A stretch of DNA of 64,000 nucleotides from Nitrosopumilus sp. (GTDB lineage: Archaea; Thermoproteota; Nitrososphaeria; Nitrososphaerales; Nitrosopumilaceae). Where the stretch lies: assembly GCA_963662625.1 (NCBI GenBank), contig OY759726.1:1184001-1248000 (forward strand). The letters run 5' to 3'. Shown here piece after piece: positions 47,029 to 57,101 of the stretch. Within the stretch, counting starts at the first letter, position 1. Each line of letters begins with the position of its first letter. The notes beneath the pieces were generated by a model that was not told the DNA's origin, ran no database searches, and saw only the letters and a program-made list of their open reading frames with translations. A program made the position numbers and the translations under genes.

Positions 47029-47789
47029 CCAGGGTTCTTCTTGACCTCGGGCCTCAGCTCGGCCAGGATGTCCTGCTGGAACTGCAGGAGCGACTCGTCC
47101 TCGGTGACCCTGGGCCTGGGAAAGTCGTTCTCGAACTCTTTCTTTATCACCGACGGCCTGTTGCTGAAGATCGCGACCTTGGTCCCTAGGACCGCCGCCT
47201 CGGCTACGTTGTGCGTCACGAACAGGATGGTCTTCTTGGTCTTCTCCCAGATCAGTTGCATCTCCACCAGCAGCAGGTCGCGCGTCTGCGCGTCCAGCGC
47301 CGCAAACGGCTCGTCCATGAGCAGCATCTCGGGATCCATCACGAGGGCGCGGGCGATGGCGACGCGCTGCTTCATCCCTGTGGACAGCTGGTACGTGTAA
47401 GAGTCGGCGAACTTCGTCAGCTGCATCATGTCCAGGTACCTGCCCGATATCTTCGCGCGTTCCTCCCTCGGGATGCCTGCCATCTTCAGCCCGAACTCGA
47501 CGTTGTCTTGCACCTTAAGCCACGGAAACAGCGCGCCCTCCTGGAACACCATTATCCTCTCGGGGCCCGTGCCCGACACGGGGCGGCCGTCGAAGATTAT
47601 CTCCCCCTCGTCGTGTGTATCCAGCCCGGCCACTATGCGCAGGAACGTCGACTTTCCGCACCCGGACGGGCCTACCAGGCACACGAAGTCGCCCGAATCC
47701 ACCATGAGGTTGACCCCTCCCAGCGCCTTCAGCCTGTGGGCGTCGTGGCTGAAGTACTTTACGATGTTCCTTGCCTCCAGCTTCGCCAA
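47025..47789 (-). CDS. ABC transporter ATP-binding protein (SsuB/TauB family)
   Basis: GPSGCGKST, LSTGMKQR and LLMDEPF motifs. Confidence 0.95.
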   Translation of the reverse strand: MAKLEARNIVKYFSHDAHRLKALGGVNLMVDSGDFVCLVGPSGCGKSTFLRIVAGLDTHDEGEIIFDGRPVSGTGPERIMVFQEGALFPWLKVQDNVEFGLKMAGIPREERAKISGRYLDMMQLTKFADSYTYQLSTGMKQRVAIARALVMDPEMLLMDEPFAALDAQTRDLLLVEMQLIWEKTKKTILFVTHNVAEAAVLGTKVAIFSNRPSVIKKEFENDFPRPRVTEDESLLQFQQDILAELRPEVKKNPG

Positions 47790-48812
47790 TCACGTGCCCT
47801 CCGCGCCCGGCTCCGGGCCCGCGTCGTAAAAGATCCCGGCCAGGTCGTAGCCGTTCCTCCCGAGGTAGCCCAGCGAATCGGCGCGCTCGGCAAAGATGTA
47901 CACGGAGCCCCTGATCGGGTCGGGGGTGATCTCCAGGTTGGACATGGCGGTGTCCACCACCTGATCCGGCAGGGCCTGCCCGTACGTGTCGGCCAGGAAC
48001 CGGTTGAATATGTCCCTTGTCTCCTCCGGGTTCTGGTTGACCCACCGCGCCGTCCGCTCGTGGGACAGCAGCAGGTCCCTTATGACCCCCGGGTTTTCCT
48101 CGGCGTATTCCACGTTCCCGATCAGTAGCACGGACGCAAACTGCCCGCCGGGCCAGAGATCCTCCTCGTAGAACAGCCTGGTCCCGCCTAGGTCGGCCTC
48201 CAGTATGGTGGCCCACGGTTCCGCGACCCACGCGCCGTCGATCTCGCCCTTGACAAACAGGGTGTATATGTCGGGATTCGGCAGGTTGTACACCGTCACG
48301 CTGCCGCCCCTTTCGGCCGGCCTCATCCCGTTCTCGCCCAGATAATGCCGCAGGGACACGTCCTGGGTGTTTCCTATCTGCGGCGCCGCGATCCTCTTTC
48401 CGGGAAAGTCCGAGGTCTCCGCGATGTCGGCGTCCGGGTGTATGACGAAGCTCGCGCCGCCGCTCGCGGCTCCAGACAGTATCCTGATGCTGTTCCCCTC
48501 CGAGTTCAGAAAGCCGTTGATTGCCGGCCCGGGGCCGACGTATGCCACGTCCACCGCGTCTGCGAACAGCGACTCGATCACCTGGGGCCCGCTGTCGAAC
48601 ACCCTGGTCTCGATGACGGTCTCGGGCCCGATCTGGTCCGCGAAGAAGCCCTTCTCGACGCCGACGATCGGTATGGTGTGCCCGATGTTGGGAAAGTACG
48701 CTATCCTGAGGCGATCATCGCCACCCTGGCCGTCGGCCGACACCAGTATGGCCGCGGCTGCCGAGATTATCATGCCAGCCCCGGCCATGGTTGCCACCGC
48801 CCGCCTATTCAT
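47790..48812 (-). CDS. ABC transporter substrate-binding protein (SsuA-like)
   Basis: YFPNIGH, YVGPGPA, GNTQDV and WVAEPW motifs; N-terminal signal/anchor. Confidence 0.9.
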   Translation of the reverse strand: MNRRAVATMAGAGMIISAAAAILVSADGQGGDDRLRIAYFPNIGHTIPIVGVEKGFFADQIGPETVIETRVFDSGPQVIESLFADAVDVAYVGPGPAINGFLNSEGNSIRILSGAASGGASFVIHPDADIAETSDFPGKRIAAPQIGNTQDVSLRHYLGENGMRPAERGGSVTVYNLPNPDIYTLFVKGEIDGAWVAEPWATILEADLGGTRLFYEEDLWPGGQFASVLLIGNVEYAEENPGVIRDLLLSHERTARWVNQNPEETRDIFNRFLADTYGQALPDQVVDTAMSNLEITPDPIRGSVYIFAERADSLGYLGRNGYDLAGIFYDAGPEPGAEGT

Positions 48813-48930
48813 ACAACAGTGTTATATGTCGGGCCGTTAAATAATCATCGAATTTTAGCTCAAGCTAGCTAATCTGCCACGCGTAATCCGCCGGGCCGCC
48901 TGCCTTCCCGGGCGCGCGCTGCTTCCGGCA

Positions 48931-48990
48931 CCGGGATCCTGCCCGGCGCCCCGCGGGACCGGGATCCTGCCCGGCGCCCCGCGGGACCGG
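48931..48990. repeat. Intergenic 28-bp tandem duplication
   Basis: CCGGGATCCTGCCCGGCGCCCCGCGGGA x2 plus CCGG. Confidence 0.9.
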
Positions 48991-49100
48991 ACGCGGCCCA
49001 CCCCGGAACTGCACGTGCCGGGGCGGCCACGCGGCCGGCCGGGAGACGGGGCGGCGTATCACAAGAGATAAATTCGAAAATGCGACGGAGAATATGTTTT

Positions 49101-50300
49101 ATGACCCAAAAAGGCATTCTGGCGTTTTCAGGAGGGCTGGACACGTCAGTCGTCGTCAAATACCTCCAGGAAGAACACGACATGGACGTCATCACGGTGA
49201 CGGTGGACGTGGGCCAGGGGGACGATCGCGGGAAGATCGCCTCAAAGGCAAAGCGGCTCGGCGTAAGGAAGCACTACGACATAGACGCGCGGGAGGAGTT
49301 CGCGAGGGACTACATCATCCCGTCAATCAAGGCGAACGCCCTCTACCAGAAGAAGTACTGCCTTGCGACCGCCCTTGCGCGGCCGTTGATAGCCGAAAAA
49401 GTCCTCGAGATCGCAAGAAAGGAGCGGGTCACGTCGCTTGCGCACGGCTGCTCCGGAAAGGGAAACGACCAGGTGCGGTTCGACATAACGCTGCGTTCGG
49501 GCTCCAGCCTGCCGATCATCGCCCCGATAAGGGACAAGAACCTGGACCGGGTCACCGAGCTGGAGTTCGCAAAGAGGCACGGGATCAAGATCGACACCGT
49601 GGCAAAAAAATTCAGCATCGACCAGAACCTGTGGGGGCGCGCGATCGAGGGAGGGGTCCTCGAGGATCCGTACTCGGAGCCCCCGGAGGACGCGTTTGCC
49701 TGGGTGAGGACGAAGAACCTGCCGGAGCGCCCGGCGTACGTGGAGATCGAGTTCGAGGGGGGAGCCCCGGTGGCGGTGGACGGGAGGCCGCTGGACCCGG
49801 TGAGCCTGGTCGAGCACCTCAACAAGAGGGCCGGGGCCGCCGGGGTGGGCATCGTCGACCACATCGAGGACCGGGTGGTCGGGATAAAGTCGCGGGAGGT
49901 GTACGAGACGCCCGCGGCGGTATGCCTCATCGAGGCCCACGCGGATCTCGAGAAGATGGTGCACACCAAGCACCAGAACAAGTTCAAGTCGATCGTCGAC
50001 GACGAGTGGGCGTACCTGGTATACTCGGGGCTGTGGCAGGATCCGCTGAAGCGGGACCTGGACGGCCTCATCGAGTCCTCCCAGGCCCGGGTGTCGGGGA
50101 AGGTGAGGCTCAGGCTCCACAAGGGGGGCCTCCGGGTCGTGGGAAGGATGTCCGGCAACTCCCTGTACAGCCGCGAGGTGGCCACCTACGGGACGGAGTC
50201 CACGTTTGACCAGCGGCTGGCCAAGGGCTTCGTGGAACTGTGGGGAATGCAGTCAACAGAAGCTAATAAATTACAAAAGAAAAGGTCAACAAGAACATGA
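49101..50300 (+). CDS. argG: Argininosuccinate synthase
   Basis: AFSGGLDTS, HGCSGKGNDQVRF and KSREVYE motifs. Confidence 0.97.
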   Translation: MTQKGILAFSGGLDTSVVVKYLQEEHDMDVITVTVDVGQGDDRGKIASKAKRLGVRKHYDIDAREEFARDYIIPSIKANALYQKKYCLATALARPLIAEKVLEIARKERVTSLAHGCSGKGNDQVRFDITLRSGSSLPIIAPIRDKNLDRVTELEFAKRHGIKIDTVAKKFSIDQNLWGRAIEGGVLEDPYSEPPEDAFAWVRTKNLPERPAYVEIEFEGGAPVAVDGRPLDPVSLVEHLNKRAGAAGVGIVDHIEDRVVGIKSREVYETPAAVCLIEAHADLEKMVHTKHQNKFKSIVDDEWAYLVYSGLWQDPLKRDLDGLIESSQARVSGKVRLRLHKGGLRVVGRMSGNSLYSREVATYGTESTFDQRLAKGFVELWGMQSTEANKLQKKRSTRT

Positions 50301-50464
50301 ACTGCCCAGAATGTGACGCGACCCTGAACGTCCCAGACGATGCCTCCGTAGGGGAGATAATCTCCTGCCCTGACTGCGGCGCCGACTTTGAGATCGCAAA
50401 AAAAGACGGATCCGACGTCGAACTAAAGCAGGCAGAAAGCGTAGGCGAAGACTGGGGAGAGTAA
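50297..50464 (+). CDS. lysW: Amino-group carrier protein LysW/ArgW (canonical EDWGE), not in ORF track
   Basis: MNCPECDATLNVPDDASVGEIISCPDCGADFEIAKKDGSDVELKQAESVGEDWGE*. Confidence 0.96.
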   Translation: MNCPECDATLNVPDDASVGEIISCPDCGADFEIAKKDGSDVELKQAESVGEDWGE

Positions 50465-51321
50465 TGCCGAGGCTCTCCATCGTGTTTGACCGCCTCAGGG
50501 CGGAAGAGAAGATGCTCCAAAAGGAGGCCGCCGGCATGGGGCTGGACACGGAGATGCTGGACGCAAAGACGGCCCGCGTCGACACGGACAGCAAAAAGGA
50601 GGACCTCGGGCTGGGGGACGTGGCGCTGGAGAGGTGCGTCAGCTACTTCCGCGGCCTCCACTTCACCTCGTGCCTGGAGTTCATGGGGGTCCCGGTCCTG
50701 AACACGTTCCGCGTGGCCAGCGCCTGCGGGAACAAGATGTTCATGACGCTGCTCCTGAAAAAACACAACGTCCCGACCCCGAGGACGTACTTCTCGTTCT
50801 CGCGCCAGGGCGCCGAGGAGTGCATCAGGGAGGCCGGCTACCCGCTCGTGATAAAGCCGGTCATAGGAAGCTGGGGGCGCGGGGTAGTCAACCTGAAGGA
50901 CAGGGACACGGCAGACGCCATCTTCGAGATCAGGGACGTCACGGACAGCCCGCACGACCGGATCTACTACCTGCAGGAACTGGTCGACAGGCCCCCGAGG
51001 GACATACGCGTGATCACCGTCGGCGACGAGCCGGTGGCCGCCATGTACAGGATGTCCCAGGGCGGCTTCAAGACCAACATCGCCCTGGGGGCCGATCCAG
51101 AGCCGTGCGAGATCACGAAAGAGGTGGAGGACCTGGCGTCCAGGGCCTCGAGGGCAGTGGGCGGGGGCATCCTGGGGATCGACATGATGGAGGACAGGGA
51201 CCGGGGGCTGGTGGTCCACGAGGTGAACAACACGGTGGAGTTCAAGGGGCTGTCAAGGGTGGCCGCGCGGAACATCCCTGGGGAGATGGTCAGGTTCGCG
51301 CTGGACCACGCTAGGAAATAA
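50464..51321 (+). CDS. lysX: LysW ligase, ATP-grasp (ArgX/LysX family), copy 1
   Basis: KPVIGSWGR, PPRDIR and HEVNNTVEF motifs; directly follows lysW. Confidence 0.92.
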   Translation: MPRLSIVFDRLRAEEKMLQKEAAGMGLDTEMLDAKTARVDTDSKKEDLGLGDVALERCVSYFRGLHFTSCLEFMGVPVLNTFRVASACGNKMFMTLLLKKHNVPTPRTYFSFSRQGAEECIREAGYPLVIKPVIGSWGRGVVNLKDRDTADAIFEIRDVTDSPHDRIYYLQELVDRPPRDIRVITVGDEPVAAMYRMSQGGFKTNIALGADPEPCEITKEVEDLASRASRAVGGGILGIDMMEDRDRGLVVHEVNNTVEFKGLSRVAARNIPGEMVRFALDHARK

Positions 51322-51349
51322 ATTATACTCCGTGGCGAGGAGGTTTATC

Positions 51350-52396
51350 ATGAAGATAGGGGTCGTCGGCGCGTCTGGATACGTGGGGGGCGAGACGCTG
51401 CGCCTGTTGGTGAACCACCCGGGGGTGGAGATCGCGATGGTGACGTCGAGGCAGCACGTGGGGGAGTACCTGCACAGGGCGCAGCCGAGCCTGAAGGGGT
51501 TCACGGACCTCACCTTTTCCGAGCTGGACTATGACAGGATGTCCGACAAGTGCGACATCGTGTTCACCGCGGTGCCGCACGGCACGTCTACCGAGATAGT
51601 AAAGGCGCTGTACGACCGGGGGCTCAAGGTGATCGACCTCAGCGCCGACTACAGGCTGCACGCTCCGGAGGACTATGACAGGTGGTACGGCTGGGAGCAC
51701 CCGCACCCGGACTACCTGCCCAAGTCGGTCTTCGGCATCCCGGAACTGCACCGCGAGGAGATAAGGAAGGCGCAGCTGGTCTCCTGCCCGGGCTGCATGG
51801 CGGTAACGTCGATACTGGCAATCGCGCCGCTCGTAAGGAACGACATCATAGACACGGATCACATAGTGGTCGACTCCAAGATCGGGTCGTCCGGGGCCGG
51901 CTCGGGTTCCGGGACGGCGCACGCCATGAGGGCGGGGGTGATCAGGCCGTACAAGCCCGCCAAGCACAGGCACACGGGCGAGATCGAGCAGGAACTGAGC
52001 GAGGCCGCGGGGAGGAAGATCCGCGTCTCGATGAGCCCGCACGCGGTGGACGTCGTGCGCGGGATCCTGTGCACCAACCACACGTTCATGAAGAGGGACG
52101 TCGACGAGAAGGAGCTGTGGAAGCTGTACCGCCAGGCGTACGGCGGGGAGGCGTTCGTGCGGCTGATACGCGACAAGAAGGGGCTGTACAAGTTCCCGGA
52201 TCCCAAGTTCCTGGTCGGATCCAACTTCTGCGACATAGGCTTCGACCTGGACGAGGACAACCACAGGCTGATCGCGCTCTCCGCGTCCGACAACCTGATG
52301 AAGGGGGCCGCCGGCTCCGCCATCCAGAACATGAACGTCATGTGCGGGTTTGACGAAATGGACGGGCTCAGGTACACCCCGCTCACCCCGGTATAG
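51350..52396 (+). CDS. lysY: [LysW]-aminoadipyl/glutamyl-phosphate reductase (ArgC/LysY)
   Basis: GASGYVG, DLSADYRL, PGC and DNLMKGAAG motifs. Confidence 0.95.
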   Translation: MKIGVVGASGYVGGETLRLLVNHPGVEIAMVTSRQHVGEYLHRAQPSLKGFTDLTFSELDYDRMSDKCDIVFTAVPHGTSTEIVKALYDRGLKVIDLSADYRLHAPEDYDRWYGWEHPHPDYLPKSVFGIPELHREEIRKAQLVSCPGCMAVTSILAIAPLVRNDIIDTDHIVVDSKIGSSGAGSGSGTAHAMRAGVIRPYKPAKHRHTGEIEQELSEAAGRKIRVSMSPHAVDVVRGILCTNHTFMKRDVDEKELWKLYRQAYGGEAFVRLIRDKKGLYKFPDPKFLVGSNFCDIGFDLDEDNHRLIALSASDNLMKGAAGSAIQNMNVMCGFDEMDGLRYTPLTPV

Positions 52397-52398
52397 CC

Positions 52399-53202
52399 AT
52401 GATCACGATCAAGATCGGCGGAAGCGTCGTGGACGACCTGCACCCGTCGTTCATCCCGGACGTCAAGAGGGCCGCCGAGCGCGAGGGGCTCGTGCTGGTC
52501 CACGGCGGCGGCAAGGAGGTGACCAAGGTCTGCGGGCAACTGGGAAAGGAGCCGCGGTTCGTCACGTCGCCAAGCGGCATCAGGAGCAGGTACACGGACA
52601 AGGAGACCGCGGAGATCTTCACGATGGTGATGTCCGGCAGGGTGAACAAGGCCATAGTCAGGATGCTGCAGGGGAGCGGGATCGACGCGATCGGCCTCTC
52701 GGGCGTGGACGCCAGGGTGATCCGGGCGGACAGGAAAAAAAGGCTGCTCATCGTAAACGAGAAGGGGAGGAAGCAGGCCATCGACGGCGGGTACACCGGG
52801 AAGATCACCGGGATAAACTCGGGGCTCATCAGGTCCCTGCTGGGGCAGGGGCTGACCCCCGTCATATCGCCGATCGCGCTAAGCGAGGAGTGCGACTTCC
52901 TGAACGTGGACGGGGACCGGGCCGCGGCATACGTGGCAGGCGGCGTGGGGGCGGACAGGGTGATCTTCATCACTGACGTCGACGGGCTGCTGGTGGACGA
53001 CAGGCTCGTCCCGCGGCTGACGCTGGCCGGGGCGAGGGAGATGCGGCCGAAGATCGGCCCCGGGATGGAAAAAAAGATCCTCGCCTCCACCGAGGCGCTG
53101 GACATGGGGGTCGGGGAGGCGCTGATCGCCAACGGGCAGAGGGAAAACCCCATATCCTCGGCGCTCGCACACGAGTCATGCACGGTGATCCGGGATGAGT
53201 GA
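52399..53202 (+). CDS. lysZ: [LysW]-aminoadipate/glutamate kinase (ArgB/LysZ)
   Basis: KIGGS, VHGGG and NVDGDRAA motifs. Confidence 0.95.
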   Translation: MITIKIGGSVVDDLHPSFIPDVKRAAEREGLVLVHGGGKEVTKVCGQLGKEPRFVTSPSGIRSRYTDKETAEIFTMVMSGRVNKAIVRMLQGSGIDAIGLSGVDARVIRADRKKRLLIVNEKGRKQAIDGGYTGKITGINSGLIRSLLGQGLTPVISPIALSEECDFLNVDGDRAAAYVAGGVGADRVIFITDVDGLLVDDRLVPRLTLAGAREMRPKIGPGMEKKILASTEALDMGVGEALIANGQRENPISSALAHESCTVIRDE

Positions 53203-54370
53203 AGACAGGTACATGGGGAACCTGTACCAGAGGTTCCCCGTCACCGTGGAGAGGGGGGAGGGCGCCCGCGTGTGGGACGCCGACGGCAGGGAGTACATCG
53301 ACTGCATGGGGGGGTACGGCGTGGCCCTCGTGGGGCACCGGAACGCCAGGGTCAGGGACGCGATAAAGGGGCAGGCCGACAAGATCATCACCGTCCACAG
53401 CTCGCTGTACAACAAGACGAGGGAGGAGTTCCTGGAGGTCCTGATCGGCCTCGCGCCGCCCGGGCTGACCCAGGTCCACCTCAACAACAGCGGCGCCGAG
53501 GCGGTGGAGGCGGCCATAAAGTTCGCGAGGAAGTTCACCGGGAAGAAGGGGATGGTGGCCATGAAGGGCTCCTACCACGGCAAGTCGCTCGGGGCCCTGT
53601 CCGTCACGTTCAACCCCAAGTACCGGAAGGCCTTCGAGCCGCTCGTGGAGCGGGTCACCTACGCGCCGTTTGGCGACATCGACGCGCTGCGCGAGGCGGT
53701 CGACGGGGACACCGCGTTCGTGATCCTCGAGCCGATCCAGGGGGAGAGCGGCATCAACGTGGCGCCCGACGGGTTCCTGCAACAGGTGAGGGGGCTCTGC
53801 GACGAAAAGGGCATACTGCTGATCTTCGACGAGATCCAGGCGGGGCTGGGCCGGACGGGGCGGATGTGGGCGTGCGAGCACTGGAACGCGTTCCCCGACA
53901 TCCTGTGCCTGGCCAAGGGGATAGCGGGGGGCGTCCCGATGGGCGCGACGCTGGTGCGGCCGGACATACTCGCCGCGATGGCCAAGGGGGAGCACTCGTC
54001 GACGTTCGGCGGGAACCCTCTGTCGTGCGCCGCCGGGACGGCCGCGCTCAGGGCGTTGACCGAGGACGGCCTGGTCGAGAACTCCGAAAGGATGGGGAGG
54101 CTCTTCCGGGAGGGGCTGGAGGGGCTGAGGGAGAGGCACCCGATAATCCGGGAGGTCCGGGGCAAGGGCCTGATGATAGGGGTGGAGCTCAGGTTCGACG
54201 TCAGGGAGATCCTGATGGCGCTGATCAGGGAGGGAGTCCTGATGCTGTACTCCGGCAGGAACATCCTGCGGATCCTGCCGCCGCTGGTAATAACCGGGGA
54301 GGAGGTTGCAAAAGTTTTACAAACCCTTGATTCCGTACTTACAGCGGAGGAGCGGAAGAGGAATGCATAA
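53195..54370 (+). CDS. lysJ: [LysW]-semialdehyde transaminase (ArgD/LysJ)
   Basis: DEIQAGLGRTG, LAKG and STFGGNPL motifs. Confidence 0.95.
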   Translation: MSEDRYMGNLYQRFPVTVERGEGARVWDADGREYIDCMGGYGVALVGHRNARVRDAIKGQADKIITVHSSLYNKTREEFLEVLIGLAPPGLTQVHLNNSGAEAVEAAIKFARKFTGKKGMVAMKGSYHGKSLGALSVTFNPKYRKAFEPLVERVTYAPFGDIDALREAVDGDTAFVILEPIQGESGINVAPDGFLQQVRGLCDEKGILLIFDEIQAGLGRTGRMWACEHWNAFPDILCLAKGIAGGVPMGATLVRPDILAAMAKGEHSSTFGGNPLSCAAGTAALRALTEDGLVENSERMGRLFREGLEGLRERHPIIREVRGKGLMIGVELRFDVREILMALIREGVLMLYSGRNILRILPPLVITGEEVAKVLQTLDSVLTAEERKRNA

Positions 54371-54782
54371 GGACAAGACCGACGCCAAGATAATAGCCTA
54401 CCTGAAGGACAACTCCAGGGAGTCCTTCGTGGACATCGGGAAGAGCCTGGGCCTGTCCGAGTCGGCCATACGGAGGAGGGTGAAGAACCTGACGGAGAAC
54501 GGGACGATCAAGAGGTTCACCGTCGAGATCAGCGAGGAGGAGGCCACCAGCGCAATCGTCCTGATCTCGGTGGACTCTGCGACGGACACGGCGAAGGTCT
54601 CGCTGAAGCTCGCAAAGCTGGAGAGGGTGAAGACCGTCTACGAGATAACGGGCCAGTACGACATCACCACGATAATCAGCGCGCCGAGCATATCGGGGAT
54701 CAACTCGTGCATCGACGCGCTCAGGAAGATCCCGGGAGTGATGGACACCAACACGGTGATAATACTGAGGAAGATCGCCTAG
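54363..54782 (+). CDS. lysM: Lrp/AsnC-family regulator LysM
   Basis: HTH LGLSESAIRRRV and YEITGQYDI; located in the lys cluster. Confidence 0.9.
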   Translation: MHKDKTDAKIIAYLKDNSRESFVDIGKSLGLSESAIRRRVKNLTENGTIKRFTVEISEEEATSAIVLISVDSATDTAKVSLKLAKLERVKTVYEITGQYDITTIISAPSISGINSCIDALRKIPGVMDTNTVIILRKIA

Positions 54783-54899
54783 GGCTGGATCTCGTCCGGG
54801 ATCCGCCAGAATGGCCCGGATCGGGATCAGCGGCGGCATTTTCCAGCGATGTTAGTACGAATATGTTTATATTCCCAATTATTTATAACGAATTCTGTA

Positions 54900-56066
54900 A
54901 TGAAGGATCCGAATCACTATGCGAACCTCTACAACGCCTACGACAGGAACCCTGCGAGGATACGCGTGCTGGACAGCACCCTGAGGGAGGGTGAGCAGCA
55001 CCCGGGGGTGTCGTTTACCAACAAGCAGCGTATACAGATAGCGTGGATGCTGGACTATTTCGGCGTGGACCAGATCGAGATCTCCCCGGTCATATCGAGC
55101 GACCACAGGGAGGCCACCAAGACGATAATCAAGCAGGGGCTGACGGCCGACATCGTGTCCCACGGGAGGGCGCTCAGGGAGGACATCGACGTGTCCCTGG
55201 CATGCGACGCGCGGTGGTGCGCGGCGTACCTGGGGGTCTCGGACATACACCTGCGCGACAAGCTCCGCATCACGCGGGAGCAGGCGCTGGAGAGGGCCGT
55301 CCGGACGGTGGAATACGCAAAGTCCCACGGGCTGAAGATCCGGTTCACGGTGGAGGACGGCAGCAGGGCCGACCCGGAGTTCCTGCTGGAGGTGTGCCGG
55401 GCGATCGAGGCCGCCGGCGTGGACAGGATCAGCCTTCCAGACACGATAGGCATCCTGCGCCCGGTCGGGATGCGCAACTTTGTCAAGCTGGTGAGGGGCG
55501 CGGTAGGCGTCCCGCTCGACGCGCACGTGCACAACGACATGGGGTTCGCGCTGGCAAACGCCTTCTCGGCGTGCGACGCGGGGGTGGACCAGATACACAC
55601 CACCATAGACGGGATCGGCGAGAGGACCGGGATCCCGCCGCTGGCCGAGGTCGCGGTGGCGCTGACCTACCTCTACAAGTCCCCCAACGACTTCAGGCTG
55701 GACATGCTGCTGGACCTGTCGAGGCTGATCGAGGAGTACACCTCCATAGCGCCGTACGACTCCAAGCCGATCGTGGGCGCGTCGGCCTACAAGCACAAGG
55801 CAGGCACGCACCTCGCTGCCATACTCAGGAACCCGGCCGCGTACGAGCCCATACCCCCCAGGGCGGTGGGAAACCGGCGCAGGATAGTGTTCGGGGAGCT
55901 CGCCGGCAAGACCGGGGCCGCGTACCTCATGTCGCTGCTGGGCCTCGGGAGGGACGAGGCGCAGGCAAGGGACGTCGCGCTGGGGCTGAAGAGGCTGAGG
56001 ATGGGGGACCTGATCGAGATCCCGCTGGAGAACGCGCTTGAAAAAAAGATAATTAATGACAAATAA
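54900..56066 (+). CDS. Homocitrate synthase-like (LeuA/DRE-TIM family)
   Basis: DSTLREGEQ, HVHND, GIGERTG and HKAGTH motifs; lys cluster context. Confidence 0.88.
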   Translation: MKDPNHYANLYNAYDRNPARIRVLDSTLREGEQHPGVSFTNKQRIQIAWMLDYFGVDQIEISPVISSDHREATKTIIKQGLTADIVSHGRALREDIDVSLACDARWCAAYLGVSDIHLRDKLRITREQALERAVRTVEYAKSHGLKIRFTVEDGSRADPEFLLEVCRAIEAAGVDRISLPDTIGILRPVGMRNFVKLVRGAVGVPLDAHVHNDMGFALANAFSACDAGVDQIHTTIDGIGERTGIPPLAEVAVALTYLYKSPNDFRLDMLLDLSRLIEEYTSIAPYDSKPIVGASAYKHKAGTHLAAILRNPAAYEPIPPRAVGNRRRIVFGELAGKTGAAYLMSLLGLGRDEAQARDVALGLKRLRMGDLIEIPLENALEKKIINDK

Positions 56067-56089
56067 GGAGGAAAGGGGGATGGAAAGAC

Positions 56090-56257
56090 ATGACCAAATG
56101 CGATGAATGCGACGCGGACATCCCCGTTCCGGCCGACGCGCTGGAGGGGGAGATCGTGACGTGCCCCGAATGCGGCGCCAGCTTCGAGCTGGCAAAGGGC
56201 CAGGACGGCTTCGCACTAAAGCCCGCCCAGACGGTCGGCGAGGACTGGGGGCAGTGA
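56090..56257 (+). CDS. lysW: Second LysW-like carrier protein ending EDWGQ, not in ORF track
   Basis: MTKCDECDADIPVPADALEGEIVTCPECGASFELAKGQDGFALKPAQTVGEDWGQ*. Confidence 0.95.
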   Translation: MTKCDECDADIPVPADALEGEIVTCPECGASFELAKGQDGFALKPAQTVGEDWGQ

Positions 56258-57099
56258 GTCCTGACGTCACCGTCCTCTACGATACAATCCGCTGGGAAGA
56301 AAAGGCGCTGCTAGAAGCGGGAAGAAAGAACGGCGTCAGCGTCAGGATGGTGGACTGCAAGAAACTGTCGCTGGATCTGGAGGGGAATCCCGGGGATTAC
56401 GGGGTGGTGATCCAGCGGTGCGTGAGCTACTACAGGAACCTGCACTCGACGGCCGCGCTGGAGGGGATGGGCGTAGACGTGATCAACTGCCTCGACACGG
56501 GGATCTTCGCGGGAAACAAGCTGTTCACGCACATGCTGCTCAAGAAGGCGGGAGTCCCGACGCCGCGCGCCACGGTCGCGTTCTCCAAGGACGCCGCGCT
56601 GGAGGCGCTGGACTGCCAGGGATACCCCCGGGTGATCAAGCCCACCGTGGGAAGCTGGGGGAGGATGGTCTCCAAGCTGAACGACAGGGACTCGGCCGAG
56701 GGGATAATGGAGGGCAGGGAGTCCATGTACCCGATATACCGGGTCCACTACCTGGAGGAGTTCGTCAAGAGGCCCCCCCGGGACATCCGGGCGATCGTGG
56801 TGGGGGACAGGATCGTGGCGGCGATATACAGGTCGTCTGCGGACGGCAGCTGGAAGACCAACATGGCGCTGGGAGGCACCGCGCAGGAATGCAAGGTGAC
56901 CCCCGAGATGGAGGAGATCTGCATCAGGGCGAAAAAAGCGGTCCGGGGGGAGATCGTGGGGGTGGACCTGATGGAGAGCGAGGATGGGGGGCTGGTAGTC
57001 CACGAGGTGAACAATACCACTGAATACAAGAACACGGTCAGGGTGTGCGGGGTCGACATCCCGTCGCTGATGCTCGACCATGCGAGATCGGCAAGGTAG
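56254..57099 (+). CDS. lysX: LysW ligase, ATP-grasp (LysX family), copy 2
   Basis: IRWEEK, KPTVGSWGR, WKTNMALG and HEVNNTTEY motifs; GTG start overlaps the lysW2 stop. Confidence 0.92.
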   Translation: MSPDVTVLYDTIRWEEKALLEAGRKNGVSVRMVDCKKLSLDLEGNPGDYGVVIQRCVSYYRNLHSTAALEGMGVDVINCLDTGIFAGNKLFTHMLLKKAGVPTPRATVAFSKDAALEALDCQGYPRVIKPTVGSWGRMVSKLNDRDSAEGIMEGRESMYPIYRVHYLEEFVKRPPRDIRAIVVGDRIVAAIYRSSADGSWKTNMALGGTAQECKVTPEMEEICIRAKKAVRGEIVGVDLMESEDGGLVVHEVNNTTEYKNTVRVCGVDIPSLMLDHARSAR

Positions 57100-57101
57100 G
57101 A

